In this document: one piece after another, positions 43,883 to 61,654 of the stretch
Numbering within the stretch: the first letter of the stretch is position 1
Layout of the letters: every line of letters begins with the position of its first letter
NCBI GenBank assembly: GCA_012295275.1
Contig: CM022673.1
Span: 28,086,001 to 28,150,000, forward strand
Direction of reading: 5' to 3'
Source: Chrysomallon squamiferum
Taxonomy: Eukaryota; Animalia; Mollusca
DNA: 64,000 nt
Position numbers and translations under genes: made by a program
Notes under the pieces: generated by a model
Database searches by the model: none
What the model saw: the letters and a program-made list of their open reading frames with translations, nothing else
What the model was told of the DNA's origin: nothing

Positions 43883-45294
43883 ATAATGATGATGATGATA
43901 ATAATAATAATAATAATAATATAATGAAGCTGGTTCTTCTACTATGTTTAGTTTTCATTGTGTGAATATTTATTCACTTATTTATATTCTTGAGTGCACA
44001 ATATTATATTAATGGGGGGTTGTATTTCTTTGTGTATATAGGGTATAGAGTATGCAATTTGTTTGTTTGTGTGTGTTCTGGTGTGTGTGTGTGTGTGTGC
44101 GTATGTGTGTGCGTGAGTGTACGTGTAGTGGGGGAGGGAGTCTGTGTGTGTCTGTACGGGTGTATGGGACCCGTGTGTGTAAGTGTGTGTACACCTAAAT
44201 GTGTAGGTGTTTGTGTGTGTGTGACAGAAAGTTATGTTGCTAAGGTGGAACGTGTTAATACGTCTATTGTAGAAAAATAAAAAATAAAATAAAACAACAG
44301 CTCTCGCTGTATAATGTTACTGACACTGACTACCTGCGTGTGTGTGTGTGAGAAACAAAACATTCAGGCGTGATTGCTGTTAAAACCTAAAAATAGTTTT
44401 TTTCGTGACTGAGAATTTTCTCTTGGAGAAACGTGCAATGAGCGAAAAGTGAATGATAATAATGATAATAATAATAATAACAATAATAATAATAATAATA
44501 ATAGTAATAATAATAATAATAACGAAGAAAAATGTACCAACATGAATTTTGGACGAAAAAAAAAAAAAAAAAAAAAAAAGACCGACAAAATCCCAGCAAG
44601 AAATAAATAAAAAAAATGTATGTCTCTCTTTCTACCTAACTCTTTGGTAATTTGTGTTTTATAAACAGAAATAATTAAGCATTTCTAAAGATTAATTATT
44701 TAATTAAATTCAAATCCATCGTCGTTAAACTTTAATAAATATTTAACAAAAAAACAATAAAAGATATATTTTATGTTTCAAATTTTGCACCTTTTTAATA
44801 ACTTGACTCATTGTTTGAAAAACAAACAAAAGTTTTAGAAGATTATTATTTTTAAAAATACTGACACAGACAGAGATAAAAATTTCTATAGCGACCACGT
44901 TGTCCTAGGCCGCAATACTGATCATATTTGTCCTTCGTTTTCCGAAAACAAACAAGTACGTACAATCAGAATTTGAAACCGATCAAAGGAAGGGTATTAC
45001 ATTGCAAATCTAACTCACACATCTTTTTTTCCTTTCTCATTCTTCACAACAGATTTGTCCAAAACAGTGTCAGTTGTCATTTTCTTTTTCTAATCGTAAA
45101 ATTTTCGCATGATTTTGGTAATATATCAAAGTTCACAAAAAACAAACTAAAGTTTTTTTAATCATAGAAAAATTTCGTCTCGGTTAGTAACCACCATCAC
45201 CTTTGTGGATCTTTCTGTTTTGTTGACGGAATCGTTTTACCTCGCAGGGGACATATTTATTTCTTATTCAGAAATAAGATTAAAACTAAATTTT

Positions 45295-45480
45295 GTGACG
45301 TTTTGGTTAAGGAATCAAATTAATTTAGACAGGTAGTGAGTTCGAATCTTATTACCGGGTTCTTGAGCTAAGTAAGTAAATGTAAGAACCTTTGTTCTCT
45401 TTAACCTCGTAACTCACCAATACTGTTTGATACAGTCTGTACATGAATTTCAGAGGGTATATATGATGGGCAGTTTAATT
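45295..45480 (+). mobile_element. Degenerate tRNA-derived SINE remnant (tentative)
   Basis: A-box-like TGGTTAAG (~45304) followed by B-box-like GAGTTCGAATC (~45338), with no intact cloverleaf. Boundaries are approximate. Confidence 0.4.
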
Positions 45481-45660
45481 ACTGGGTTAAAAACATACTT
45501 TTGTTGGTGTCTGTATCCATTTTTAGTTTAGAGTGAATGTTTCAAAATGTGAGATAACTCTTGCCAGCTTGATATTGTTGTGTTATAAGTTATTCCCCTT
45601 GTGGAAAGTTACAATGTGGTTTCCCTTTATTCTCTTTTTGAATAATGTTTCTTTGTTTTC

Positions 45661-45715
<55 letters not shown>

Positions 45716-46402
45716 GTTTTGTTTTAGAAATAACTAACGCTGTGTTTAAAAGTTTTAAATAAAGCTAAACTCGACCAAATTTTTGGAAATGCAATCTTTA
45801 AAAAATCAATACAGTTCACTTATGTTATTTTAAAATGCCCTTAAAGTGTGTATCTTTGAAAAATACATGAAACATTTCCGTACCCAGAAAAAAATAAAAA
45901 AATAAAATAAATATGACGTACACAGGTACACAAAAAGGATCAAAGGAAGTAAATAAAACACAAACAACAAACAAGAAGAGATACCAAAAATAAAATGAAA
46001 CAACAACAACAAAAAAGAGCAACAAATAAAAAAAATATGTCTCTAATTAATTAGCTGATTTAACAACGAGTCCTCACAATTAGCTTAGATTTTCACATCG
46101 CTGCATCTTTATTTGAATTAACAGCAACAACGACTAACACTATTATATAACTATCGCAAAAGAAAGATCAATTGTTCTTTGTTGTTTTTTTAGAAAAAAC
46201 AACAACAAAAAAAACAAACAGCTTTAGTTAATCCACTGAATCAAAACAGTCATTAACCATTAGATACACTAACACAACAAACAGTCAAATAACAAAACAA
46301 ACACATGAACGATTTGTGATGACAATGATTCAAATAAGGCTCATTAACCCATAGATACACACTACACCTAACCATCATCTCATAGAGACCATATGTGTAC
46401 TC

Positions 46403-46438
46403 TATAAATGCTACTGGTACATTCTGTATTCTGTCATT
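46403..46438 (+). promoter_or_regulatory. TATA plus Inr of the Rieske-domain gene
   Basis: TATAAA at 46403-46408 and TCATT at 46434-46438, upstream of ATG 46485. Confidence 0.5.
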
Positions 46439-46484
46439 AGCAAAAGATATCGGTACATGTACTACTACTACTACTACATCTGCA

Positions 46485-46632
46485 ATGGATGTGAAAATAT
46501 TTATGCGGGTTCCAAATGTTAAAATCAGTGGTAATTAATTAATTATTAATTTATGTTCATAGACAACGTATATTATCTGTCTGTCTGTCTGTATCTATAT
46601 CTATAAATGTATATGTATATGTACATGTATGT

Positions 46633-46663
<31 letters not shown>

Positions 46664-46681
46664 TAGAGAGAGAGCGAGAGG

Positions 46682-46768
<87 letters not shown>

Positions 46769-47165
46769 AGAGACATTATTTTAAAATTAATCTTTCAGAT
46801 TTGCCTAACTGGTCTGAATCGAGTGCCCGGTGCAGAAAGGTGAAGTTATCTGTGAAGAACAAAAGACGCGAGGCCGGAGGGTTATCAGTCCAGTGCAATG
46901 AGGAGCAAATCGCTGTCTTCCGATACAGAGAGAAAGTTTATGCCATCACAGAGAAATGTCCACACTCAGGTATGTAGAATCTGAAACAAGCTTGTAATGA
47001 AGTAAATTAGTCATTTCAGTATAGGTATGTAAACTATTACGTTGGGGAGTAAGTATGAAAATAAGAAAGTTAGTGACTAGATATCAGTTGGTAAGTATGT
47101 AAATAAGTAAGTGAATAGATTTCAGTGAGTAAATTAATATGCGATTACATATATAGTTAAATGCA

Positions 47166-47202
<37 letters not shown>

Positions 47203-47844
47203 AATAATACGTCAGTAAGTGGCTATGTGAATAAATTAGTTAGTAAGTTACTTTGGAAATACGTTGATAAATTAGTGAGTAATAGTAAGTAAATGGTACT
47301 AGAAGAAAACGTTAATATTAAAATGCTGACGTTTCGTACAATTACTGATTCATCGAAAAGCACCGCAAAAGGCCGCAAGAGGCTACAGAATTCACCAAAT
47401 TTGCATCACAAATTAAAAAAATACTTCACCACTTATTTGTACGTTTGTTTTTTGTTTCTTTCTTTCTTTTAAATTTAAATGACCCGTCTTTCTTAAATAT
47501 GTCTATTAATTCTTTAAACACGTAGCCCGATTATTTTTACCCATAATACGTTAAACGTGATATTTTCTTAAGCTGCAGAAGCGTGTCTAATGGAAAATCA
47601 CATGTTAATGTTTTCAGGCGGACCACTTCACCTGGGGGATATCGAGGACACTCCTTCAGGACCTTGTGTCCGTTGTCCTTGGCACCGCTGGTTGTTTCAC
47701 CTGGAAAGCGGTGAATGTCAGTTTCCCAAGCGCCTTGGAGAAAAAGCCAGTGTTTACCCAGTCAGGATCGATCCGGATGAAACCCTGTGGATAGGATTTG
47801 ATAAGTTTTCGCAAACGTATTTCGATCTGTCAGTCGATTTTTGA
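46485..47844 (+). CDS. Rieske [2Fe-2S] domain-containing protein (RFESD-like, ~147 aa); exons 46485-46530, 46799-46969, 47618-47844
   Basis: The spliced product has both Rieske ligand motifs, YAITEKCPHSGGPLHLG and CVRCPWHRWLF, plus G-x-C and YPV. Two phase-1 GT-AG introns. The first exon is less certain than exons 2-3. Confidence 0.88.
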
Positions 47845-48651
47845 CATTTATGGACAAGATGAGTGTTAACCAAGTGAAAAGAACTGCGAAGATAATGTTG
47901 TCATTATCTTTAAAGCCTTATTCGTTATATATACATTTTTATGTATATGTTATGTTATGTTATGTTACCGAAATGTGCTTTAACCGTTGTTATGTTTTGT
48001 TTATTTGAGAAACTAAAAGAGATAATTTTAGACTGCAGTTATTTTGTTTTTCAATAATGTGTATGTCTGTGTGTGTGTCTAAATGTGAGTGTACATATAA
48101 ACATATATAAAATCATTAAAATGGTTTAAAGCTTTATGCTCTTACAACCAATATAATAGAAAAAAAAAAAAAAATCATATGATGTAATTTTCAACAAAAT
48201 ATACTGTTGATTGTAAGCTTCTGTCTCTTCATTCCGTATACAGTTCTCACGACAACGACGTATAATAAAATGGATACGCAATAAGCTGTACCAACGTCGT
48301 AAGGATGATGTAGTCATACAGAATGTGATTCAGTGTTGTCTGCATTTTTCAGGTTGTGTCGAGTCAGGCAGCTTTCAAACTCAGAATTATCTTTTACTGG
48401 CTTTTTAGCTGAATCTGCATTAGAATATAAATAAAGAACATTATTATTATTATTATAAACTATTTATCAGTTTCGATTCCTCAGAAACACGCGAAGTGTT
48501 GTTTAAAAATTAGATATTTAATTTAAAAGAACACAAAGTGGTGAGCAGTCATTGAGTGGTAAGCAAAACAGAGGCTGAGTATCAGAGTAAAATTTCAGAA
48601 CGAACTGTCAGTAACCCTGATCTTTCAACATATGTGGTAGAGAACTGATAC

Positions 48652-48801
<150 letters not shown>

Positions 48802-49050
48802 TCATATTTCAGAAACAGCTGTTTACAAATTATAAACTTTTATTAACCCCACGAAAACTCACCATCACTTTGGAAATGCATCTCACCTCGTCCCAGTGTA
48901 GAACTGATCTCATGATATAAAAATAGGATCACTACAAATAAATCCGATACCAACAGAAGTGGGTGTATTTTGGATTTTCTTAATTCTTCGAGTGCACATT
49001 TCATTCCTTATTGTAGTGACGAAAATAGAGATTATACATGTCTATGTATG

Positions 49051-49082
<32 letters not shown>

Positions 49083-49088
49083 CAGTGT

Positions 49089-49124
49089 ATATAGAGATTA
49101 CGCATATCTATGTATATAAATTTA

Positions 49125-49155
<31 letters not shown>

Positions 49156-49170
49156 GCGTAATCTCTATAT
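49089..49170. repeat. Perfect 23-bp inverted repeat with 36-nt TA-rich spacer
   Basis: ATATAGAGATTACGCATATCTAT (49089-49111) and its reverse complement ATAGATATGCGTAATCTCTATAT (49148-49170). Confidence 0.9.
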
Positions 49171-49657
49171 TTATAATTTCTCATAATCTCATAATTTCAA
49201 ATTCCATTCGTAGCCCTGTTATGAACAAAAGACTGTCTATTCAGGACAACATTTCAGTTTTGCAAGTACGATCACGTCTTATGCAATAGCGGCCATTTGC
49301 TTGTAATTAACCTACCGCGTGAGATAAAAACATCGCACTATTTCCAAGGTTTAATGAGCAGTAAAGCCATGCTTCTTGTAATCACTATACGCAGTTAAAT
49401 GAACAAAGACTAATGTTAGTGAGTGTTGATACGTACGCGAATTTAGTGTCACAAGCAGAAGTGTTACTGAATAAAGCAGTATCCTACAACATGTGTGTGT
49501 GTATATACGAGACAAGTTCCTATTTATAAAGATGATATATCACGGATATCATTCATGTTTGAAAGTACTTATCTTGCCAAACCCAGTATAAAAGTAACAT
49601 TATCAGACCTGATTATAAAACGTACTTGTCAGGTTACTGCGCTTTGGACTTACTGTC

Positions 49658-50398
49658 ATGGAGAAAGTACTTCGTTATATGAACATTTTACATATCTCAC
49701 CGCATTGGACTGGATACCCCAGCGTTAATTCGGTGGACAAGACATTCTTTGAACAAGACAATGACGGTGACACTGTTTTACACATGGCCGTAATAGGCGA
49801 GGATATAAACCTGTGTAAATATATCACCAGCTTGGCCCACGGCACAAACTTGTTAAACATAGTGAACTATACCAGGCAAACTCCTCTGCACCTTGCCGTC
49901 ATAACGAGGCAACGCGTCACCGTGAAGCTTCTGTTACGTGCAGGGTCCTGTTGTGACGTCAAAGACCTGAACGGAAACACCCCTCTTCACACTGCATGTC
50001 GGGAAGGGTACCACGAAATCGTAGAGGAACTGCTGAGTTCTAACTTCGGGAATAAAGCGAATTTGGAAAAACACAATTACGAAGGTTTGACGTGTTTGCA
50101 TCTGGCAGCGCATTCCTCCGATCTGGACACGATTGATGTACTGCTGAAACACGGTGCTGACGTCAACGCCAGAGACGGCAAAAGTGGCAGAACTGTTCTG
50201 CACCACGCTGCAGAAACTGCGGACTGGAAGCTGCTAGAGCACCTGTTACAGGTTGAACAGTTAAACGTCCACTGTGTCACGTACGGCGGACTCGCGGCTC
50301 TCAGTTTAGCCCGTGGACGTGGATTCCACGACGTAGTCGAAGTTTTAGTTACACATGGAGCCATCGTCGAAGAATCGATGTACGCAGATTCTGATTGA
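49658..50398 (+). CDS. NF-kB inhibitor (IkB/cactus)-like ankyrin-repeat protein, intronless ORF, 246 aa
   Basis: Six ankyrin repeats with IkB-typical signatures: QDNDGDTVLHMAVI, QTPLHLAVITRQ, GNTPLHTAC, NYEGLTCLHLA, GADVNARDGKSGRTVLHHAAE, TYGG. TATAAAAG at ~49587 and AATAAA at 50691. Confidence 0.92.
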   Translation: MEKVLRYMNILHISPHWTGYPSVNSVDKTFFEQDNDGDTVLHMAVIGEDINLCKYITSLAHGTNLLNIVNYTRQTPLHLAVITRQRVTVKLLLRAGSCCDVKDLNGNTPLHTACREGYHEIVEELLSSNFGNKANLEKHNYEGLTCLHLAAHSSDLDTIDVLLKHGADVNARDGKSGRTVLHHAAETADWKLLEHLLQVEQLNVHCVTYGGLAALSLARGRGFHDVVEVLVTHGAIVEESMYADSD

Positions 50399-50897
50399 GT
50401 TTATTTCTAGTGGTAGGAGTGGGAGTTCAACTAAGAGTGTGTTGTGTTTTATCTCCGGTTTCAGAGATCACTTATAAGACTGAAAACATTTCATATGACA
50501 ATGTGAAAGATATTTTATCTGCGTAATGTATAGAGATATATACCAATATTGATTTGTTTATTTATATATTTATATATTTATTTATTTGTTTGTTTGTTTG
50601 TTTGTTTGTTTGTTTATTTGTTTATTGTGAAAATATCAAAAATAATATATAATTAATGTACATAATGGACAGTAAGTTATCTTGAATGAGAATAAAATAT
50701 TATAAATTATTTTATATGAAACGCTGTACAAGTGTTATTTTTTTAATTCTTTATTTTGTGTTGTGTAAATTCGATCACTGAGATGTTTTCCAGTTCAACA
50801 AAATGTCATCTCTCTTTCTTTCTTTCTCTCTTCTTTCTCTCTCTCTCTCTCTCTATCTCTCTTTCTTTCTCTCTTCTCTCTCTCTCTCTCTATCTCT

Positions 50898-50997
<100 letters not shown>

Positions 50998-51232
50998 TAT
51001 CTATCTGTCTCTCTCTCTCTCTCGATATATTGATACTCTCTATATATAAAACTTTAACCAATTTTTTGATATTTGATATTACATATATTATATAAAACTT
51101 TAACCAATTTTTTCACCTTTTGATTTTATTATTTTGATATATTGACCATGTCTTTAATCATGCAAATATTTTTTGTTCAGTACGTTTTTATTTTGCTCAT
51201 TTGTCACTATTCTGACACAGTTAAAATATCAT

Positions 51233-51278
<46 letters not shown>

Positions 51279-51869
51279 ATATATATAATTCTATGTAATA
51301 TAATCTAGTCGAAGTTGTGGCGTTATATTCATGTGACGTTAAATATTAATATCAAATTGGGACATCTTAGCAAATAACTAGATATATTTTTCTTATTAAC
51401 TATCAGCGCAGAAACACAGTATATTAATGTAGTTCTCGATTATTCAAGTTAAAACACGGTTACTATTCATTATATTTAGTCTAGCTTCAGTTCACCAGCT
51501 ATTATATTAACAAGACATTCAGAGCTTCAAGTAGTATGTTTAAATTATCATGATTTATGTTCTATTAATAAACTCATATAGGGGATCGTTCCAGAAATAA
51601 TTTTAGCGTAATTACTTTACAAACACAGATGCGCACTCCAAAACACACAATATATATCCACACAGACACTGTATATATATACATAAACACACACACACAC
51701 ACACACGCACACACATACATATATGTATCACTTTCTTATTTATTTGTTATTGCCATATTACTAATAGCTGTGCGACAACAGTACTGTTAAAGTCAACATT
51801 GTAATGTTATTCGTTCTCTCTCTGTGTGTGTGTGTGTGTGTGTCTCTCTCTCTCTCTCTCTCTCTCTCG

Positions 51870-51936
<67 letters not shown>

Positions 51937-53163
51937 ACTATCTCTCTATCTACAACAGTACTATTGCTACATACGTGTAATTTACATGCAATATTGCTAC
52001 TGTGGAGTATTATATTTCACTCAGACAGGGTCTTATATCATGCAAGGGTCGAAGTACCTGCATGTTCACATGATAGTATCTCGTATTACCCAGCAGTTAA
52101 GGTTACATGGAACAGATAATAACAAACGATACTATTAACTTTACAAAACAAAGGTGAGCTAACTACGAGGTACTGGCCATGAAAATATGGAGTGTTTGAA
52201 ATTGTCGTAATATGGCTCTGTCTTTAACATGTAACAAACTCTTTTCCCGCTGGACTCTAAACAGTATCATTTATTTTTCACGCACAATTAATTAAGGAGG
52301 TTATTCAAAACGATTTTCTTATTCACTAATGTAAACTTACTTTTAGGTGCTTTGGATTATCATTATAATATAAATTTACACTCAGAAAACGACGGCTAAA
52401 CCCTGGTTTGAATATTAGTTCTACAATTATATAATTATATATATACACACACACATACATGTACATACATATATAAATACATACATACATACATACATAC
52501 TTACATATATATGTGTGTATATATATATAAATTCATATAAACACATGCATACATACATACATATATCTATCTATATGTGTGTGTGTAGTATAAAATAATA
52601 TATTGTGTTTTGAAGTTATGGTAACTCATTTTCTCCTACTTCATTTTTGCATCAATGCATTTCTACTTTTCACGGATACAAACATGTTATATATTTTTTC
52701 GTTCTCTTGCAAATGTGTAGAAATGTTTCACACGCAGGGTTTTATTTCTTACGAAGAACAAACAACAATGGAAAACCAATGTTAGCCGAGTGTGTATCAC
52801 CGTTTCATACACGTAGTCCATTGTTTTCTCGCTTCGAGCTTCTGTGACAGACAAACAACGAATCAGTTGCCCGTTACAATGAAGCTGTAAACGAGACTGC
52901 ACGGGTCGACGAGTTGGGCCTGTTGTTTAGAAATAAGATTACTTAGTGGAGGTTTTGGCAAAGTGTATAACAGAATGCCCTCGGTAACTGCGTCGCTTCA
53001 ATCAATGTCCTTTGTCTTTATCAGATTAACGATAGGAATCGAAACAGTTCTGAAGGGTCTCTTTACCTCCCTCCCACCTACCCTCCTACCCCCCTCGTCT
53101 TGGGTGGGTAGGTGGGGGGGCATATATACTTCACACGCTTTGGACTGTGAATATTTATTCGAT

Positions 53164-53406
53164 ATGCAAATCAGGTAAGGTAGATTTGGAAACGAGCAAG
53201 GATATAAAGCAAGTCAAGTGAGAAATGCACTCATTTTGCACGATTGGCTTGCAAGCTTATCAGAGTTAATATATCACCTTGCCAAATCCCTACCGAGTTT
53301 ACTAGTATACTTTAAATATGGCACCGACGTTAGAAGACACCGATGTCGCTGCCAACGTAGACAGTTCAGCTCTAATGGAAAAAATGAGGCCTATAAGTAG
53401 ATCGAA
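53164..53406 (+). promoter_or_regulatory. Octamer + TATA + Inr promoter followed by a short exon ending in a strong donor (possible upstream first exon of the 55.6-59.6 kb gene)
   Basis: ATGCAAAT 53164-53171, TATAAAG 53203-53209, TCATT 53231-53235, ATG 53318, donor CGAA|GTAAGT at 53406/53407. Confidence 0.5.
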
Positions 53407-53647
53407 GTAAGTACATACCTAAATAATGACTGCTTAATTGTATTTGTTTTTTTCATTGATCTAATACGTCATATATGTCATATATGCAGAGTATTATCTC
53501 TGTTTATCTATGTATAAATATTTACCTGGATGTGTATCTATGTATGAATAATTATATGTACATATACACTCATACATATATGAATAATATGTATGTATAT
53601 ATATATATATATATATTTTATACATATAAATATATATAAAACTGTTT

Positions 53648-53706
<59 letters not shown>

Positions 53707-53896
53707 TACACATACATATGTATATATATACATTCATTTATTAACATGTACATATACATACGCACGCACTCAATAATACATACATATATTCAGAGACACA
53801 TACATACACATATACGTACAAAAATACATACATGTTAATTATTAATATCTGAATGAACATAGACACATACAGACAAACACACACACAACGAAAAAA

Positions 53897-53985
<89 letters not shown>

Positions 53986-55581
53986 TAGATTTTTGCGAGA
54001 AAAGATAACAGCTTCGATTTAGCCCTATTAATATGTTTATTTTAAAAACAACTACAGAGCAACACAAATTAGAAATAACTTTAAACATTGTTTATTATTA
54101 TTATTATTATTTTTAAAAATCACTGATTATTCATCACTTACGTAGTAAGATAAGTATTGTGTTTTAATAATCCATTTGTAAACATTTTTCGTTACGATTC
54201 TCGAAATAGATGGGATATTGGATACGCTGTCCTTCACACTTCAAAACGTAATGTTACTCTAATACACTTCAGTGCAGTCATTAAAATATTCAGTAGTTAT
54301 CCTTCAATTTATAGCTTGTTAATTTTCGACAGAATATATATATATTTTAAACAACAAGAACAAAAGCAACAACAACAACAACAACAACAACAACAAAAAG
54401 AAACAACGCCTTGTTGAATTCTTATTTGTATTTCTCATATTTTCCCTTCCTTTTTCAATTTCTTTCCTGTCTGAAAAAAAAAAAAAAAAAATAAATCTAT
54501 GAAGCAATATTTTATTTAAAAGTGCAGTTAGCACATTTTTAATCTCAACTGATTTAAGACGTCGTACATAAATTACGTTTGAGGATCATAGCAAAACTGA
54601 CAAAGGAAGCGTCCATAATCAAATACTCATATATATAAATATATATATATATATATCTAAGATTTCAACCAGAGTTTTGCAATCTGTTTTTCAGTGACTA
54701 AAAGTGTAACTCGTTACTATAAAAGCCGCATAAAAATGCAATAAAAAAAAAAAAAATGAACTGAACTAATCTTTATTTACACTCAGGCCATGGTTTACGA
54801 GGACACATTCATACACAATTTAACATAATTATCACAAGGTAACCGTGAAACATAATTTATCCGTTAGATCAAATAAATCAAGGAACGTTGGTTGGTACAT
54901 CTGGTTGGTAACGATCATTATGTCTGAACCATATTTTTAAATCTAGCATAGGTAATGCCCTTGATTCTGTAATTTTATAACTAATACATGTCTGTGCTAA
55001 AAAACATAAGCCAAAATCAAAACCTGATTTAATCTTTCTCAGCAACTGTCAAAAATCAATGTTCATTAATTACTTGCACAATGCCGAGTTCCTAATATTT
55101 CTTTGAAATTTGTATCGCTAAATAATGGAAGTACATGCAATGTTTTCACTCGGTCGTATTACCAGTGGCTTTAGTATTTGCACTTGAATGCGTATCGAAA
55201 CGGACAACAAGATTTTTAATAGACGGCTCAAAAAGGTTTTTTTTTTTTTGGTCGTCGACTGCTTTCCGTTAATACCTCCCAGTTTACTTATAACAGCCAT
55301 TGTCAAACACATTCACGACGCTAGATTACCTTGAACAATCTTCATTGTTGGCCGTTTCGAAACACGTTAAGCAAATGGTATAATCCGATTTAGAGAGAGA
55401 GTTAAAGCCAACCAACCGATATTAACACTGTATGTACATACGTAATGTATATTAAACTCGGGAATTGAGCCAGAAATCAAATTACTCAGAGACCACAAAC
55501 GGTTATCGACGTATTTTGGTTACTGCCAGATCGAAGCCGTCTACGTTTTCTTGATTTCTCTTCTGCCGAAACTAAACAGAT

Positions 55582-59619
<4,038 letters not shown>

Positions 59620-59900
59620 GAGAGAAGAGATTTCAAAACTTTACACTGAAAAAGACGAAGTAAAAAGTATTTGATTGAACACCGATGAAAGATTGCATAG
59701 ATTTACACTCACCGAAATACATTGGTAATTTATCATGTGTAATAAATTATATAAATTGTTCAGTTTACATAATATGATAGTCATCACTTTTACAAGTGTC
59801 TGTATATTTCTAACCGATGCTTTTTAATTATGTCTGTATACTATTTTTCTTTCTATCTGTCCGTCTGGCTTTTCTCTCTCCACTGAGACAGAATCTCACA

Positions 59901-59932
<32 letters not shown>

Positions 59933-60122
59933 ACACAGTAATCATTTTGTGTTTTGTTACTAATTTCTACCTCTGATAACCTCACCCTAATATGAGACTA
60001 CCGAATCAAAAAAAGAAAGAAGATTAATAAATAAATAAAAAATAAATTATATCATATTTTTGAGATACTGATTCATTTTACACATTTTCACATGATTATT
60101 TCTTGTTATAAATAACGTTGTC

Positions 60123-60269
<147 letters not shown>

Positions 60270-61654
60270 GTGATTACCATATCAGTATTAACGTACATAA
60301 TTTATAACTTTTAAATATATATGTGTATATGTATTATACATATAAAAAAATAAAAGTGTGAAGAAAAAAGTATTTGTGATGTCGTTTTTGTGTTTTGTTT
60401 TATTTTTAACATTCTGCTTTTATATATCTTGTATGTTTGTTACATGCGTATATATTTTGTTTTATTTGTGAACATTTTATTATTTATGTTTATATAGATA
60501 AATTTGGTTTATATAAATGTAGTTACTTGTCTTTGTTTTTTTCGTTTCATTTTAAAATTAATAACACTATAAGAAAACAACAAAAAACAACAAAAAACAA
60601 CAAAAAAACCCAACAACAAAAAAAAAAAAATAAAAACCAACATCTATTCAACAACGTTTATGAAAAATATAAACAACAACAGATCAATATAAACTGACGA
60701 AACCCCTTACATGTCAAAAAATATGTGTTCCTAATTTTTTCTTTTCGAGAAGTCAGTATAGTTAATTGTATCTTAATATTTTAGGATATTTTTTATACAC
60801 ATAATTTATTTCATGCATAAAATTAATAAAATAATTTTTTTTATAAACTTATAAACTGTTTATAATCTTAAGCTGTCTCCTTATATTCCCAAAACTAACT
60901 GAAAAATTCAACAATCCTAAACAATTTCTGTACAAAAAAACAATTCGGATAAAGAACTGATCGGCAAAGTTTTTAATTCAGCTCATCGAATTCTTTGTGA
61001 AACTGTGGACTCCTTCATCTCTCTCACTCAAGCATGTAAAAATAGAAGAAAAAAAATATTATCAATGATACATTTTTCTATTTAAATGTAATAATGTCTT
61101 CGCTCTTATTACTTCCTTCATTACAGAATCTCGATAAAATTCAAAAATTCATTTCATCCTTCTGTTTTGGTTGTTTCTGTTTCTCTTTTTGAGCCATAAA
61201 CATTTAACATTCCACTGGTCAAACAACATGACCATATTGTCGATCTAAATGGGAAAAGCAAATTACTACATGATTCAACTTTTGTTACATTTTTATAGTC
61301 TACATATCAAATAAATTTATTACTATGAATGTCTTTCAGTTACCGCATAGTTTATTTTGGCAACAGCTAAATAATCAAGACAAGATATGAAGTATGTTTC
61401 TTTAAATACAGCATAGAGTCCTATAATGAGATCAGAAAAAAAAAAATAATAAAAAAAATAAATGATCAGTGTTTTAATTATCATTTAATCCCTCTCACTG
61501 AAAATTTATAAAAATCGGGAGAGATTATATAAAAAGATTTTTTTTTTTTTTTTTAGATGTAGAAAATAAAAGTTGAAGTGTTTTTGCACGTCTGATTTTA
61601 GTGTGAATTTTCTTCCAGCTCAGCCAGCGTTTAAAGCGCAGTGACCCTGACATT

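Noticed and set aside
45330-45360. tRNA gene suggested by GTTCGAATC
   Set aside because: No acceptor or anticodon stems can be formed; at best a SINE remnant.
54787-54838. Apparent 52-nt exon (CAG|GCCATGG...AAG|GTAAC) that might bridge the 53.4-kb exon to the downstream gene
   Set aside because: Contains stops in the relevant frames and does not repair the phase.
60880-61250. Coding-like minus-strand sequence between the paralogues
   Set aside because: The frames I read are interrupted by stops with no recognisable motif; perhaps a decayed transposon fragment, but unsupported.
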